Shown here piece by piece: positions 13,171 through 27,029 of a DNA stretch of 64,000 bases. Made by a program: the position numbers and the translations under genes. The notes below the pieces were generated by a model. It did not search any database. It saw only the letters and a program-made list of their open reading frames with translations, and was not told where the DNA came from. Origin of the DNA: Lama guanicoe (taxonomy: Eukaryota); the NCBI GenBank assembly GCA_013239625.1, contig MU054323.1, positions 11,989,815-12,053,814 of the forward strand, read 5' to 3'. The first letter of the stretch is position 1; the number at the start of each line of letters is the position of its first letter.

Positions 13171-14761
13171 CTAGAAAGGAATGATGGAGAACTTACTGCC
13201 AGGGTCCTCCCACAGCTCGGGATATGGTGCCACCTCCCACTGCTGCCAACCACCATTCCAAGATCAACACCACTCTGCAGTCCCAGCTGTGGGGAGTGCC
13301 CACCAGGCAGGACCCTGTAATTTCCTAGCCATTCATTTATTTGTATTGAGCATGTTCCATGTGGCAGGTCCTGTGTGGTGGGCTCTGGAGATACCGGGAT
13401 GACCAAATACAGAAGTGGTCTTTTCTCACATGGCACTCAGTCCTTCAAAAGCCTGACCAGCTGCTCATGCAAATCCGTTGCAAGGAATTTCAATCACTGG
13501 TGTGTTGTAACAGAGCAAAGAGGTTTGGGTTAGAATCTTGGCTTTAGGTCTGGGGCCTCAGAGGGAGGGGCTCATTGAATCACTAGCTCTGCATCAGATT
13601 ATTTGCAAGGAGCTAGCTTTGCAATCTCTGCAAGCTTCCTGGGAGCCATGCAGGGCCTCTCCTCCCAGGGAATGGGGTTTGGGTAACTGTCAGCACTGGG
13701 GCCATGGTAGGAAGGTTCTGGGCTACGGGAAGTTTGCTGCACAGCTGTGGGCATCCTCACTGCCTGGGAGCCCCACACATGGTCTGTGTGGTTCTCACCC
13801 TGTAGCTAAAGTTAGTGGAAAACCTGAAGGGCAGCCTGACTGGGGACCCATCAATCCTGATGCAGACTTGCCGGCCCCGAGGGCTCTCCTGTACCCTCTG
13901 CATACCTGGAACACTGGGTTCGTGAGCACTTACTTCATCTAAACCCAAAAGGCCTAGCAAACTTCCTGTCAACTGCCCATGAGGAAATCCAACTGGGGTA
14001 TCAAAAAGAATCCAGTTCTGCTAACTCAACAGAGGCTGCAAAGGCATTTGGAGAACCCTATGTGCATGGTGCCCACTTCAGCACAACTCAGAGACAGGGC
14101 TGCTTCTGAGGCTCTACCAGTGGGTGAAACTGTCCTAGCATGGTTGTCTTTTGCCAGGCAGAGTCCACCACAAGTATCACACATGAGCTTCCCAAAACGA
14201 TTCTGCTGACCATGGAGTTCCCACTGCATCCTGCTTCACACACCTCCAAGATAGTAACCAATCACCATGTAATGCATGTAAAAGGCTGCCGGGTCAAGGG
14301 CACCTGTGTCCCCAGGATCAGCATGGCACATGGTAATCACAGAACAAATGTGGTCCATCTCATCCATTAATTCCTCTTTTTCTGTCCATCTCCTTAGAAG
14401 CTCACACAATGTCTTTAACAAAGAAGGGTCTCAAAATTGCAAGGGATGGACACGAAAGATTAGGCTCTTCTTGGAGTTTTATCCATCACTCTCATCTTTA
14501 TGGAAAATAACGAAATCTGTGGGTGATAGCTGTGCATCAAACAGCCCTCCTTCCTCTCAGGAGGCCTAGCTGCAAGCTGCAGCTTTAAGGGGATTTCTTG
14601 TTATCTTCCTGAAAGTTCGAGGGGATGCTTTAACAACACAGCAGGGGGCGATGTGGACCCAGGGTTTCCCAGTTGAGAGAGAGCCCTCCCTCTGCAGCAG
14701 AACCACCCCACGCCGTTGGAAGGCCTATGCCCCCCCTCCCCAGACTGAGTGGGCATCGTAC

Positions 14762-14938
14762 CAGGGTGGTGAACTTGTCCACACAGGCGTTGCGGATCTT
14801 CTCCGGGGTGGCGGGGCTGTCCAGCCGGAAAAGCTCCTTTGTGTTGTTATCCGTGTGCTGGGCTCGAGCTGCACGGATGGCGTCCTTGATGGCAAAGAAG
14901 ATGGAGGCGCCCAGGAAGAGAGGTGGTTCCCCGACAGC
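14762..14938 (-). CDS. XDH: XDH exon 35 (177 nt), catalytic Glu1261
   Basis: [59 protein letters not shown]. Confidence 0.96.
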
Positions 14939-15344
14939 CTGAGCAGACAGAGCCAGAGCACGGGCAGGGAGTCAGGCAGAGGGCGCGGCCTCCACACCGG
15001 CACCGGCCACCCAGAGCAAGGCAGGAAGGGCGGTCAGAGTGAATCAGGGGCTGAGAATAATCAGCCTAGTAAATGACTCAACTTGGCTGGCATATTTCTT
15101 TTAACTTTTACTATGTGGTTTTCCCTGATGACACCATGCAAATATAATGCACCATTAAAAGTTTTATTCGATAATTATATTTTACAAACAAAAAAATCTG
15201 AAGTTGAACCCTTTTCCACAACGATAAGCCTAGGGGAATAATCTGCCTGCAACTCCGTCACCAACACTTGCAGGCACCATAACTGTACATGCAGCGTTTG
15301 CTGGGATACAGACATCGTGACAAATAGGAATCAAAGTAGTTTCT

Positions 15345-15535
15345 AGCAGAGGTGGTTTCATTCCCCAAAGCATAATCAGAGCCTGCCTATATCAGAATCA
15401 CTAGGGACACTGGCTAAAAAATGCAGGTTCTGGGGCCCTACCCCAAACCTACCAAATCAAAATTTCTAAAGGTGGGCCCCATGGAGCTGCATTTTCATCA
15501 CGAGCTCCCAGCGATCCAGCGTGCTAACACGTGAG
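15345..15535. mobile_element. MER5-like hAT-Charlie MITE
   Basis: atcagaatcac...aaaatgcaggttctggggccctacccc...ctgcatttt. Confidence 0.65.
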
Positions 15536-16190
15536 AGTCAAAAGCAAAGCTCACAAAGTGTCCCAGGCCCTCCCACCATGAAGCAAACCATGAGATGAGG
15601 AAAGGGGTGTGTTTCATCAGGTACAAGTAATTACCGGTCTTCCTTCTCAGACCAACAATTGTATCAATCAGTTTAATTGATTTCCAACTATCTTTTCATA
15701 CTTATTGGGGACAAGGAGGAAATGGAAAATGGTTATAACCCTCTAGACATGCTGATCAAGCCTTAAGGTCTAGTGGTGGCCACGGAAGGAGGCGAAAGTG
15801 TGTGCAGAGGCGCTGCCCCTTGTGCAGTGAAGATGCCGATTCTCGTGGGACAACAGGGGGGCTGTGTCATCTCTAGGATCAAGAATCAGGGATGCACACC
15901 TGACACATGGTTGTAGGTCAGGATTTGACCTACAGGACTGAACTAAGGCACCCCTCTGATTGCACCCAAATCAGCTGGCTTTGACCACACAGAGGTGGTG
16001 TCGTCCTCAACCCATTTTCTTATGTTCCCAGGCTGGACTGTCCAGCCCTCCACTGCCCTCACCAAGGGCATGCCAAGCCCTCTTTTCTCTTCCATATGAG
16101 CCCCTGCAGGCCCACAGAGCAGGTGGCTGGAGCCCCTCATCCCCACCCATGGCTTCCCGCAGCGCAGTGCAGGGCCTAGGGCAACAGTAC

Positions 16191-16379
16191 CTTGGACGCG
16201 TAGATGGCCTTCTTGTTGGGGCAGTCACGGAGCAGGGACACCCTGAACTCAGTGGGGATGCTGCCAAACGCGGGGATCTTGTAGGTGCTGGGACCGCGGG
16301 TGTGCAGGCTTCCCTCGGGGGAGTAGTGCAGTTCCTCCAGGGTGAAGAGGCCAAGGCCCTGGACAAATGCCCCTTCCAC
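16191..16379 (-). CDS. XDH: XDH exon 34 (189 nt)
   Basis: [63 protein letters not shown]. Confidence 0.96.
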
Positions 16380-17474
16380 CTGCAGGGCAGACAGATCGTG
16401 GCTACCCTGCCTCCCACTCCCCGAAGGCAGGAGCTGCTTCCCACAGCAGGCACCAAGTCTGCCTGCACCTGCAGCAGGGCCTGGAGACAAGCTGTGAACA
16501 GCCCTCCACTGCCTCCCCGGCTCCTGCCCCAGCCTGGGGTTGCCTGTCTAGGCCTTTGCCAGGCATCGGTGTAGGCAGAACAAAGGCATTAACACTGAAA
16601 TTGGTTTCAGAACTTGTCGGGGATTCCAGGAGGGACACGCAGTGGAGGCATAATTTCCCATTAGAACCTGCGCAGGGCAGATGGAGGTGTTCCTTCCACA
16701 CTGCCGCCGGGGAAGTGGGGACCTCAAGCTGAGAAGGGAGCTCATGGGCTCGCAGTGGCTGTGTCCCTCAGTGGCCCACACCCCTCCTGTGTGCTACGTG
16801 GGACCAAGAAAGAGAGGAGGGCTTTCCTGGACTGTAGATTCCGGGCTTTCTGAGTGCCCAGTCCTGCCTACCCCCTGGAGAAAGAGCACCCCTGCTGGAG
16901 CTCACAGATGCTCTGCTGGCCCACACATCTGCTCCCCAGCCTCACTATTCAGGATTGTGCTCTAAGGCAGCCCCTAGCTAAACAAGCATGTTCACAGGGG
17001 AGACCAGGCGCTGACCCCTCTGTGTTTGCCGTGTCAGCTCAGCGCCTGCCTGTAGGAGGGGCTTCCGGCTTCCTGGTGGTTGTTCAGTGAGTTAATGGAC
17101 AGATTAATAACTAAGTTTCTGTATACTCAGTGATTGTCCATTTTTGAGAAATACAAGGAACATTTTCTGTCAGATGTTTAATACTTCATTTCTTGATTCC
17201 TCCCTCTGTCTCTTTTCTGTTCCACCTGCTCTGCCCAATACTCTCATATTTTCCAAAAGTGATTTTCTTCAGGCCATCCCTTTATTCCTCTCGTTCTTTT
17301 GTCCCCCGTACCCTCCACCACCAAATGCTTGGGAGCATTACGTCCTAGAGTGCAACAGCTGTCCTCAGTGGAAAAGGAATAAGGAGGGAGAAGACTCCTC
17401 TGAGCTGAGACCCCAGTGCCCGCACATTGATCCCAAAGTCAGTCTCCATTTCACCTTGTCCTCCCTCTCAAATG

Positions 17475-17517
17475 ACGTGTGTGTGTGTGTGCACGCACGT
17501 GCGTGTGCACATGCACC
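17475..17517. repeat. (TG)n / GCAC alternating purine-pyrimidine microsatellite
   Basis: acgtgtgtgtgtgtgtgcacgcacgtgcgtgtgcacatgcac. Confidence 0.85.
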
Positions 17518-17743
17518 CAACATTTCCACCATTCATCTTGTTTTCTGATGCCCTTTCCAGGTTTATCCACATGGACTTGTCTTCTGCCTCGAGAGCTAGG
17601 TGGGTTCTCATCTGTCTAAACCCCACTCTCAGGGAGACTCACTTGGTACTATGCTCAGACCCACTTGAAAAGGACATTGGACAAGATGCTGTGGCATATC
17701 AGTGGCCAAGTCCATCACCACCCTGGTCCCCCGTGAGTCTTAC

Positions 17744-17809
17744 CTGCCCAATGTCGATGGCAGGGTTCAGACTGGAGCCAACATCCATGACAATGTCTGT
17801 GCGGAGGTT
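17744..17809 (-). CDS. XDH: XDH exon 33 (66 nt)
   Basis: [22 protein letters not shown]. Confidence 0.96.
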
Positions 17810-18024
17810 CTAAAGCAGACAGCAGTTAGAGAAACAGTTTGAGAAGAAAGGGCTGTGTGGAATGACAGATGGGTCTAGTGACCCTTAGGTTCTTGAGTGC
17901 CAGCCGGAACAGCACTTCACAATCAGAGTGCTGTGGGCACACTCAGGCAGGAGTGTCAGCAGGAAAGGCAGGTCCTTAGGTTTCTGGGGCTCTGAACCTG
18001 AGTCTAGGGCAGGTCACGTAAGGA

Positions 18025-18345
18025 AGGGATTGACAAATTATGTTCCATAAGCTGAGTCCAGCTCAACCCCGGTTTTTGTAGGGCCTGTGAACTAGTGATT
18101 TTTATGTTTTTAAATGACTGACAAAAATAAAAAGAATATACTGTGTCACCTCAAAACTGTATGAAATTCACCTTCAGTGTGCACAAGTTACATTTTATTG
18201 GAACACGCCCATGCTCGTTTGTTTCTGTCAGTTCATGTCTGATTTTGCCCTACAATGATAGAGTCGAATGACTGAGGCAGAGCCTCTGTCTCCAGAAAAC
18301 CTAAAATGTTTACTCTCTGGTGCTGTGTAGGAAGTTTGTAAGCCA
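18025..18345. mobile_element. MER58-like hAT-Charlie element
   Basis: ttttattggaacacgcccatgctcgtttgttt...aaacctaaaatgtttactctctgg. Confidence 0.7.
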
Positions 18346-18461
18346 TGAGATAGGGCACGGTTCTCCCAACCGGAAGTTTCTGCCCTATCAGCTCTTTGCA
18401 TCACAGTTAGATATTTCTCTTCTCTTTTCCCCCCGGTACTAAAGTTTTGCAAACTTCTTAC

Positions 18462-18576
18462 CTTATGATCCCCTGTTAAGCAGTCGATTTCCACTTCAGA
18501 GCAAGCCACCCCATAGGTGAAGTAGTGGAAGGCATTCCCTGAGTTGGTCTCAAAGCTGTAGCCAAGGTTGGGTGTC
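18462..18576 (-). CDS. XDH: XDH exon 32 (115 nt)
   Basis: [38 protein letters not shown]. Confidence 0.96.
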
Positions 18577-20305
18577 CTGGGGGAGAAAAGAGAAAATACG
18601 GCACGTGTATTAAGATGAACGTGCCCCCGACTCATATACACACAGTCTGTCCCATAAAATCTTAAGACCCGAAAGGTTTTACTTTTTATTCTGCTGTTCT
18701 TCAAAAAAGTCCATGGGTTTTGAACATTTCGAACCTGTTTACGAAACCCAGGCATTCTGGAATATTTTGTCCCTTGTCTCTGTTCTATTTTGCCAACGGC
18801 CTTTATATGAATTACTCTGTGGAGCTGAGCAGTGTAAGGTGCCAGCACGCTGGTCTCTACATGGTAGAAACAGAGGTGAAAGATTTGCCTGAGCTCATGA
18901 AGGATATGAAAGTCACACTGCAAAGGATCTACTGAATTAGAATTCAAGATCTCAGAGCCAAAGGATCTTCCTGTGCTGGCTCCTGGCTGTTCATACAAGT
19001 ATGCCTGCTCAGGGCGCTGCTCACCTTTCTCAAGGTGAAAGTCAACAAGATTAGAACCTCATAGCCTTGGTGCATCTTTAAGCAGCCTGGTATTACTCCT
19101 TATCTACTGGCCCCTTCTAAATTTCAACAAATGATTTGAGAAAAGCGTTATTAATAAAAGCAGATGCTCTCTGATTATTTTTTCTTTTGCAATCCTGGAT
19201 ATCTTACGCAATTTCAATTTTGCATGAGTCACATATATGAGTGTGTGTGTGTGTATTTTCACACCAGGAGTTTTTAGTATTCTGTATCTACGTTATTCTA
19301 TACATTACACAGAAATAATAATGTGAGCTGATATCCTCTGAATCTGCATGAAAACAAAACCAGCACAGGGCTGAAGGAAAAGGCTTTTCCCAGGAGAAAC
19401 CATCACCTTCTTTGACCTCTGACTCCACCATCTTCATTTGAGTGTTCCCTGATATAACCCCAGTTTTATCCCCTCCAAAAACGAAAAAGGAATTTATGCG
19501 AAAATCTGCACTAGTTTGTTTGTGTAGGTCAAATATTACATAACCCAAGGAGCACTGGCAAAACATTACTTTGTCTATATATATATACGTATATATATAT
19601 AGATATTTATATTCCTATATTCACACAAGACGTTTTAAAGCAAACATTGGACTATTTTCCAAATCCACTGATCTGTGAAAGAAAAGGTCTAGTTAAATTT
19701 CCCAGAGAAAGCTAAAACACTATGGCTGACAGTAAATTTGATCATATCTTTTTACAGCTTCTAAATCGGATAGGCAGGGTCCCAGTTATTGAATTTTAAG
19801 TTTGCAGGAGATAAATACTTTTTCTAAATTTCACTTCAAGTTCCACTGAATTTTGCATTTTGTCACACAGGACCACATGCTCTAACTCCTCCTCTCATTC
19901 TTTTGAAGGAAAGATTCCCTAAAGAAATCTGGGAACACCAGGCACCCCGGCTCTTGTAGAACGCTGAGGGGGGAATGGCTGGTCATCGTCCCACGATGTC
20001 ATCAGTGAGAAGACAGGTTCAGAGAGAATCACTGATCTCCCCGAGTGGACCAGCATACCTTCAGACCAGAACTGGAATGGAGGTCTTCCAACGTGACAGC
20101 TCACACTTTTGGCACATAGTTGGGTAATCCCATGTATTTTAGAGCATCTTTAATTTGAAATTAGTGGAAGCCCACTGAAGGGATAAGCGTTTCAAGAGAA
20201 GTGTTGTCTCCTGACCACAGGCCGACAGAACTCAGTGCTGGAGGGGACCTCAGAGGTCAGGATGACAACACACTGTAAGACAGGTGAGCTCAGTGCCACA
20301 CTTAC

Positions 20306-20358
20306 TTATAAAAGCCAGCAGCAGACAAGCTCACTCTACCGAGGTAGGCTGCCATGAC
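20306..20358 (-). CDS. XDH: XDH exon 31 (53 nt)
   Basis: VMAAYLGRVSLSAAGFY; tcag/gtaag ends. Confidence 0.94.
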
Positions 20359-20716
20359 CTGAGGAGAGGAAACGGCCATCAGGAAGGGGGAAGCACAGTT
20401 TCCAGAAGCCCCGACCCAGCACTGAGCTTTCAGGAGCTCATCCTCTTCATCTGGAAGCTGGTGACTCCCACCTCCACCCCTTACATTACATTCTCACCCC
20501 CTGCACAAGTCCTCATCATCTGAAGCCTGGAGCACTAACGTAGCCTCTTCACTGGTTTTCCTGCCTAAAGTCACCACATAGCCCAGCCCAGTTAGAGTGA
20601 TCATCCTTAACACACCACACCACCCATGTCACTCCCTGACTCCAGAGCTTTCGATGACTCCCCATTGCCCATTTTCCTTTCATTTACAAAAGCAACTTGA
20701 ATTAGCTTGGACTTAC

Positions 20717-20791
20717 CCAGTCTTCCCAGGAGCCACCAGGATTCTCTCTCCTGAAGGGCTCCAGCCTTTTCAGGATGGTCTGACAAGCCTC
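20717..20791 (-). CDS. XDH: XDH exon 30 (75 nt)
   Basis: EACQTILKRLEPFRRENPGGSWEDW. Confidence 0.96.
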
Positions 20792-21415
20792 CTAGAGAAC
20801 ACGTCCCCACACACCAGACACATCAGTCCTCAGAATTCCCCAGTCCAGGCAGAACCCCAAGGACCTCCGAGCAACGCTGTGCACAGGGTAATGCTCAGAC
20901 AGCCTTGCCGCCCTCTCCGGAAGGACCACGGCCCAGGGTAGGAGCTGCTGGCCTTTGTTCAGAGAGCACTTCCCGACCCAGTTCTCAGGCTGACAGAGGG
21001 TGAAATGTGGAGGGATCCCCAAGGAGGTGTCCTCTCCCATCAAACTCCTTTGTTTGATGACAGCCCCCACCCTGGGGAGAAGTAAGTGGGTCTGACCTGG
21101 CTGACCCCACAATCAAATTTCAACTTCACTCCATGGTCTTGTGTCTGGTTCTAATACCAGGGTGTGTGTCCTCCCAGACCTCTCTGTGTTTCCTCCAACT
21201 CCCCTCCCCCTCCTACACTCATCCTTCCTGGCTTCAATGGAAGTGATGATGGTTCTTGGGCCCCTCTTTTAGCTTGGTGTTCTCCTGGAGAACAGAGCCA
21301 AAGGCATGGCCATAGCCAAGAGCCTGCAAGGAGCCATTCTAGCTCCCACCCCGGGACTCTCCCAGCCTAGAACCTTAGGCTGGCCCTCAGCTCGGGGGCC
21401 CCCAAGGCTCCTTAC

Positions 21416-21544
21416 ATAGACAGCCTGTCCGTAGACATCAGTGCTGACAGAGGCTGCCGTGGGGGAGGAGTTGGGCACGGTGTTGGTGCTCGTCTCGCTG
21501 ATGTAGATCTTAGAAGTAGGGATCTTCAGAGCTCTGCTGGCCAC
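21416..21544 (-). CDS. XDH: XDH exon 29 (129 nt)
   Basis: [43 protein letters not shown]. Confidence 0.96.
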
Positions 21545-21954
21545 CTGCAAAGAGAGGGGGCATCACTGCTAGGGGAGGGACTGTCAGGGGCTCGCTGCCT
21601 TCTCCCCAAGATGGCATTCAGTTTCACTACTGCAGACAAGAAAATAATTTCATAAACCCTAACTCTACTGAGACTGGGATGTTCTCACATCTGTCTGAAT
21701 CTGAAGCAGCATGTTATGGAGTGGTTTTTGTTGAATAAAAAAATTCATAAACCTAATGGTGACAAACAGTGCCTTTTTAAACTAACTCTGGCTTTTTAAA
21801 AAATTCAATTTAGCCAGTGTCCATGAGCCAGGCAGATGCACCAACTCTAACCCAGCCCAGAGGGAGGAGTCTCATGTGTCTGGCTACTTTTATACACATC
21901 ACTCACACTCCTTACACAGTCACAGAGCCCTAGGGTGTTGATGATGAAAGCGGC

Positions 21955-22075
21955 CTGAACCATCATCTGGCCAATCCTTTTGCACAGATGAGGAAACTGA
22001 GGCCAAGAGAAGGAGCAGACTTGCCCAAGGTCACCCGGAAATGAGCAGCAGAGCCGAGCCACAACTTGGGCCTGC
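21955..22075 (-). mobile_element. MIR
   Basis: cagatgaggaaactgaggcc...acttgcccaaggtcac. Confidence 0.7.
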
Positions 22076-22170
22076 CTCTGCTTCTGGCACTGCTCACATG
22101 CTCACAGCCTCTTCCCTCATGAAGACACCATGGTGCCAGGGAGGACTCCCATGGTCTCCAGACTGCTCAC

Positions 22171-22266
22171 CTGGACCATCTTGGTGTGAAGGCCCTGGCC
22201 CATCTCTGTGCCCCCGTGGTTCACCAGCACAGAGCCATCTGTGTACACATGAATCAGGGCTCCTCC
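22171..22266 (-). CDS. XDH: XDH exon 28 (96 nt)
   Basis: [32 protein letters not shown]. Confidence 0.96.
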
Positions 22267-22828
22267 CTATGGGAAGAGAAGGAAACCAAACAAAATTCAC
22301 CAAATCCCAGCTCAGCTTAAGGCCTGGGACCAAAAGTACTGGAGCCCAAGAAAAAGAAAACTGGTGGCAGCATTTTGGATAGAAACCTCAGACAAAAATA
22401 AAAGCAGTGTCAATCTCATGATTTAATTACATAGCCCTTTAGTAGTTTGCAAAACTACTTTCCCCCACCTCCCCCCATATCTCTGTCTCCCATCCTCAGA
22501 GGGAAGTAGGTCAAATATTGTCCTGACTCTGTAGATGAAGAAATGGGATCATGGGATCTGAAAGGCAGAGTAGCTGTCCATGGTCCTGCAGTCAGGAAGC
22601 GTAAGAACCAGAAATTGAGCCCAGGTCTCTGAGTCTCGTGTTGCTTTCATCGTCCCATGACATAATGGACAAATAGGAATGTGCAGCGAACTTTCATTTA
22701 AACAGGAAAGAGCTCCCCTGGTCAGCGCTGCTGCCATAACATTTGGTTTTTCCTTGCAACAGTGTAAACAGAGGGGAAAATGGGATCCCAGTGCAGAGGA
22801 GATGGACACAATTATATAAAGCAATTAC

Positions 22829-22910
22829 CTGATTCAGAAAGGGAACTGTGAAGCTTATTCCAAATTTGGTAGGAATTATGCACAGTCCTCTCTTTTTCCA
22901 ACAATTCTCC
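22829..22910 (-). CDS. XDH: XDH exon 27 (82 nt), Cys992 and Phe1009
   Basis: [27 protein letters not shown]. Confidence 0.96.
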
Positions 22911-23724
22911 CTGGAAGAAAAATAAAAAAACATTCTCACTGCAACTTCTCAACCCTTATTCATGTCAGACTGGACATAGTTTCAGTCAACATCTTTGTAA
23001 AACTGGAACAAGGGATCCTTGAAAGTGCCCACACAGTCTTTGTTGTAATTGAGTTGGGCCTCAGTTGTGTACACAAAAATGAGAATGGTGGGAATTTGGG
23101 TTCTGGATCCTTCAGTGCAGCTGGAACAGGGCCCATCCTTGAAAGTCTCGACTTTAAAGTACCACCTCTCTGCTTCCCTGAGTGGCATTTGGATTGGATC
23201 AGAGTGCTCTGTGATCCTGGACTGCAGTCACCTCAGGGAGGAACCACAGCTCATTGACGATCATAATATTTTCTCTATGCTTTGTATTTGGCTCTCCAAG
23301 TGTGAAAGACAGAGCCAGCACAATTGTCCCCACTTTGCGGATGATGAAACTGAGACCCAGGAAGATGGAGTGACTACCAGGGTCATATTTATAGATTAGT
23401 GTCAGAGGCTAGCTTGTAACTGTGATGTTCTTAGCCTTGGGCCGGTGTTCTCTAGAACATCATCTGCCCAGAAGGCAGACAACTGTGTAAACATGAACCA
23501 CTCTGATGGGCTATGATGCTGAGCGCTGTGAGCCCCTGGCCCCTGGGGTTAAAGATCATTTCAGGATCTTAAAGAGATGGCTATGAATGAGTTAGCAAAT
23601 GCAGCAGCCTCCTAAGCTATCAAATTATCAGCTTCTTATTTTGAGTTCAGCAAAAAGGCTATAGAACATGAAATCCCAGAGAGCCCCATAATGTCAGTCC
23701 CTCCCCTCCCCTCCCTGGGCTTAC

Positions 23725-23870
23725 CTGTTGAACTTATCAACCTCCTTTTTCCGAGCATCATACTGAGAGCTTTTCAGGCATTCATCCCAGCACCGGGGCA
23801 AGTTGAACCCCTCGAGCCTCTGGTTGAAGTGTGTCAGGTCCCCTTCTCGGTAGAGGTTCTTCCTTCGTAC
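23725..23870 (-). CDS. XDH: XDH exon 26 (146 nt)
   Basis: [48 protein letters not shown]. Confidence 0.95.
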
Positions 23871-24069
23871 CTTCCCAAGGAGAGAGACTTTGAGGCCATA
23901 TTAGTGGCAAGAGACCAGGGGCCATAACCTGAACCTTGAGCTTCCAGCCCCTCTCGAGCACCTGCCTGCCTATCCTCTGTGCCCATGGGGGATGTCCAAG
24001 ATACAAAGCCACTGTCCCCTCAAAGCAGGCTAACCCACTCTGACTTGTGTCCCCAAACTTCCAGCTTAC

Positions 24070-24261
24070 CTCCTCTGCAGGCAGCCCACAGGTCACGGCG
24101 ACCTCACTCATCCAGTACTCAGCAATGAACAACCCCTGGGGCCCCCCGAAGCCCCGGAAGGCCGTGTTGGAGGGCAGGTTGGTCTTGCACAGTCGCCCAG
24201 TGCCCCGGATGTTGGGGATTTTATAGCTGTTGTCCATGTGGAATAGAGCTCGTTCCATTAC
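24070..24261 (-). CDS. XDH: XDH exon 25 (192 nt), Arg880 and Phe914
   Basis: [64 protein letters not shown]. Confidence 0.96.
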
Positions 24262-24954
24262 CTGAAATGGAAGAAACAAAAATGGCAGAGAACAGAGCAT
24301 GGATTTCATTGGCTTCTCAAAAAAGGCCAAGCTCCTCCTTGCTTGGCCAGCCCCACTGTCAACTGCTCTTCCTCCAGCCCACATTATTTATTTCCTGGGA
24401 TACTGCAGCATCCTTAGTGCACTCCCAGCCTTCTGTGCCTCCCCCCTCATCTATGCCTCATACCAAAATATAAGATCATAGCAGATCAGGCACCTGCTTA
24501 AAAATGGCACCTACTATCTCCAAAGTAAAGTCAGTATATCTTTAAGCATGGAACTCAGAGCACTTTACGACCTTTCCCCAATATACTCCTTATCCTCTTC
24601 TCTGACTTCATGTTACTCTCACCTGTAATGCCTGTCCCCACCATGTCCACCTGCTAAAATCCCCAGTCAGCTTGCACACGGGGATGCCCTTCTTAGATCC
24701 TCTAGTTGGAACTGATTTGCCTCTTTTAAAAAATTGGTGATTTTATGAACCAATTTTCAATTAGCTTTTATTCCCATTAAAATTATACTACAAATAGATT
24801 CAAGACTCAAATAATTCCTTAAGTCATGTTAGGCAAAACAGTGGTCCCCTTCACTTTCCTTCCTTCCACTCCCCAGAAGCAACTACTTATTCTTTGTTAG
24901 CTATTTACCTGGTCACCCACATCTCAAAATAATGTGTTTCTATTACCATTTCTT

Positions 24955-25142
24955 TTTTTTTAATTGAGATATAGTTGATTTACAATTTGTGTAAGTTTCT
25001 GGTGTGCAGCATAGTGATTCAGTCATATATATATAAATTCTTTTTCATGATAGGTTATTAACAAGTTATTGAATATAGTTCCCTGTGCTATATGGTAAGA
25101 CCTTGTTGTTTATCTATTCTGCATACAGTAGTTTGTATCTCA
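24955..25142 (-). mobile_element. 5'-truncated L1 3' end with a 14-bp TSD
   Basis: poly-T then L1 3'UTR; flanks tattaccatttctt (24941-24954) and tattgccatttctt (25143-25156). Confidence 0.8.
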
Positions 25143-27029
25143 TATTGCCATTTCTTGACTTGTTTGGCTTTACACTTTTAGATTGTTTTCCCATCATGGA
25201 AAAGGAGGGTTTGGTTCCATCTAATCCTCTTTCTCTACATACACACCAGCTTCTTATCCCCCATCCCCCCCTACATAGTTCTACTTTGATCTGATCAACA
25301 GTCAGTGTAATAATTCTCTGAACATTACTTAGAGCTCAATCACATAGTTACACTAGGATTACTTCTCTCTTTATTGATAATATTTCCCCCCTGGAGTTAA
25401 TCATTATCTTTCTTCTTTTTCATTGGCTTCATTTTCAATGCACATATTACTAGAAATCTGTTCTCAATATGTTCAAACACTCAATTTCCTATCAGTCTCA
25501 TCTTTTTGAAGAAATTGTTTCTGGAGCTTCTGGCCTGCCCTGATTTAAATCGGCTGCCCCTAGGCTTCTGTTCAGCTGTTACGCGGGGGTTTTCCCCTCA
25601 CATCCACCCCAGGGGTTCCCTGTGTCTCTCTCTATATCGAATTTCCTGTTCCTAAATCCCATGCCTTCCCCTTTCTTAGTTTTATACCCTCGTGTTATTG
25701 GAGTACAAACTTCAATATCTTCACACACACAAAGTATATAGAGAGGCACATTTTGGAGAACTTGCACGTCTGAAATGTCCTTATTCTACTCTTACCTTTA
25801 ATTAATGCTTTGGCTGTATACAGAATTCTAGGTTGGAAATAATTTCCCCAACTGCCCTCAGCGTTTTGAAGGCATTTTAGTGCATTCTAGATTGAGAAAT
25901 TCAGTCAATACCTTTCCAACTCTTAGAATGAGTTCTGTTTTTTCCCTCCTTCAAATTTATAAAATCTCCTTTGTCCTCAGGTTTCTAACATTTCACAATA
26001 ATATAAATTAGCATACATCTATTTTCCTCCCTGTGCTGGTTAGTGGATGGGCTCTGTTGATCTCAGAATGTATGCCCATTAGTTTTGGGAAATTTCTTTA
26101 ATTCCTTCTTGATAGTTTCCTCCTCTCATTTCTTTCTTTTTGAAACTTCTATTATTTGGATCTCCTTGAATGGTTCTCAAATTTTCTTGCATTTTCTCTC
26201 CTATTTTCCCACATTGTTTTCTTTTTAAGAGCATGCTTCAAATTTCTTTCAACCCTTCTGTTTTCACAGTTTTAATTCACGACACGTCATTTTTATTCTC
26301 AGACTGTTCCATTTTTATAGCATCCTGTTCTTTCTCTGAGGTGTAATAACTCATCTCTCTGATGAGCTAAATAGTAGCTTTTATTTGTTTGTCTCATTTT
26401 GGTTTTAGTTTATTTCCTGATTTATAGTCTCTCTCCCACAGGCTGCTCTCTGGGTCTTTGATTTTTTCAGTCTTAGACATCCTAGATGATTTTTATATGT
26501 CTCAACTCCATTTTTGCTTTCTGTTAGCACTTTGTCAAGCTGTATCTCTATTTCATTTTGTCTTTTATTTTCTGTCTCCCCCACTATACTGCGAATTTCT
26601 TGAGGGCAGAAACAATGTCATATTCTTCTTTATGTTGCCACCCTAGGCACTCCATAAATATTTGCAGGATTGAATTTTAAAACTTGTAAAATCTTTGGGG
26701 ACAAGTCCTGTATCTTTTTTGGGCTGATGTTTCCTACAACACCGAGAAGCAAGTACTGCAATTGGTGAGAATGCCAGATATGTTTTCTTTCTGGAATAGT
26801 TTTCACACTAGATCTGACATATGAAGCTTCCTAAATGAGCCAATTCAAGAAGCCTCCAGCACATCCAAAGTGGGGAAAATGGGGGACTTCTGCTTTTCCT
26901 GAAATGTTTGACTTATTTTATCTAACAAGACTCAATGTACATGTAACTAATATGGTTATAAAGTTAAGATTTAAAAATCTTAAAAGGTTGTACCAAGGTA
27001 ACTTTGTTAATTTTCAAAACTGACAAAAA

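Noticed and set aside
18228..18998. 256-aa ORF as an independent gene
   Set aside because: Only 18462-18576 is XDH exon 32. The rest is intronic read-through, partly within a MER58-like element.
19574..19603. 30-bp palindrome centred on CG
   Set aside because: It is almost entirely a (TA)n microsatellite, which is self-complementary by nature.
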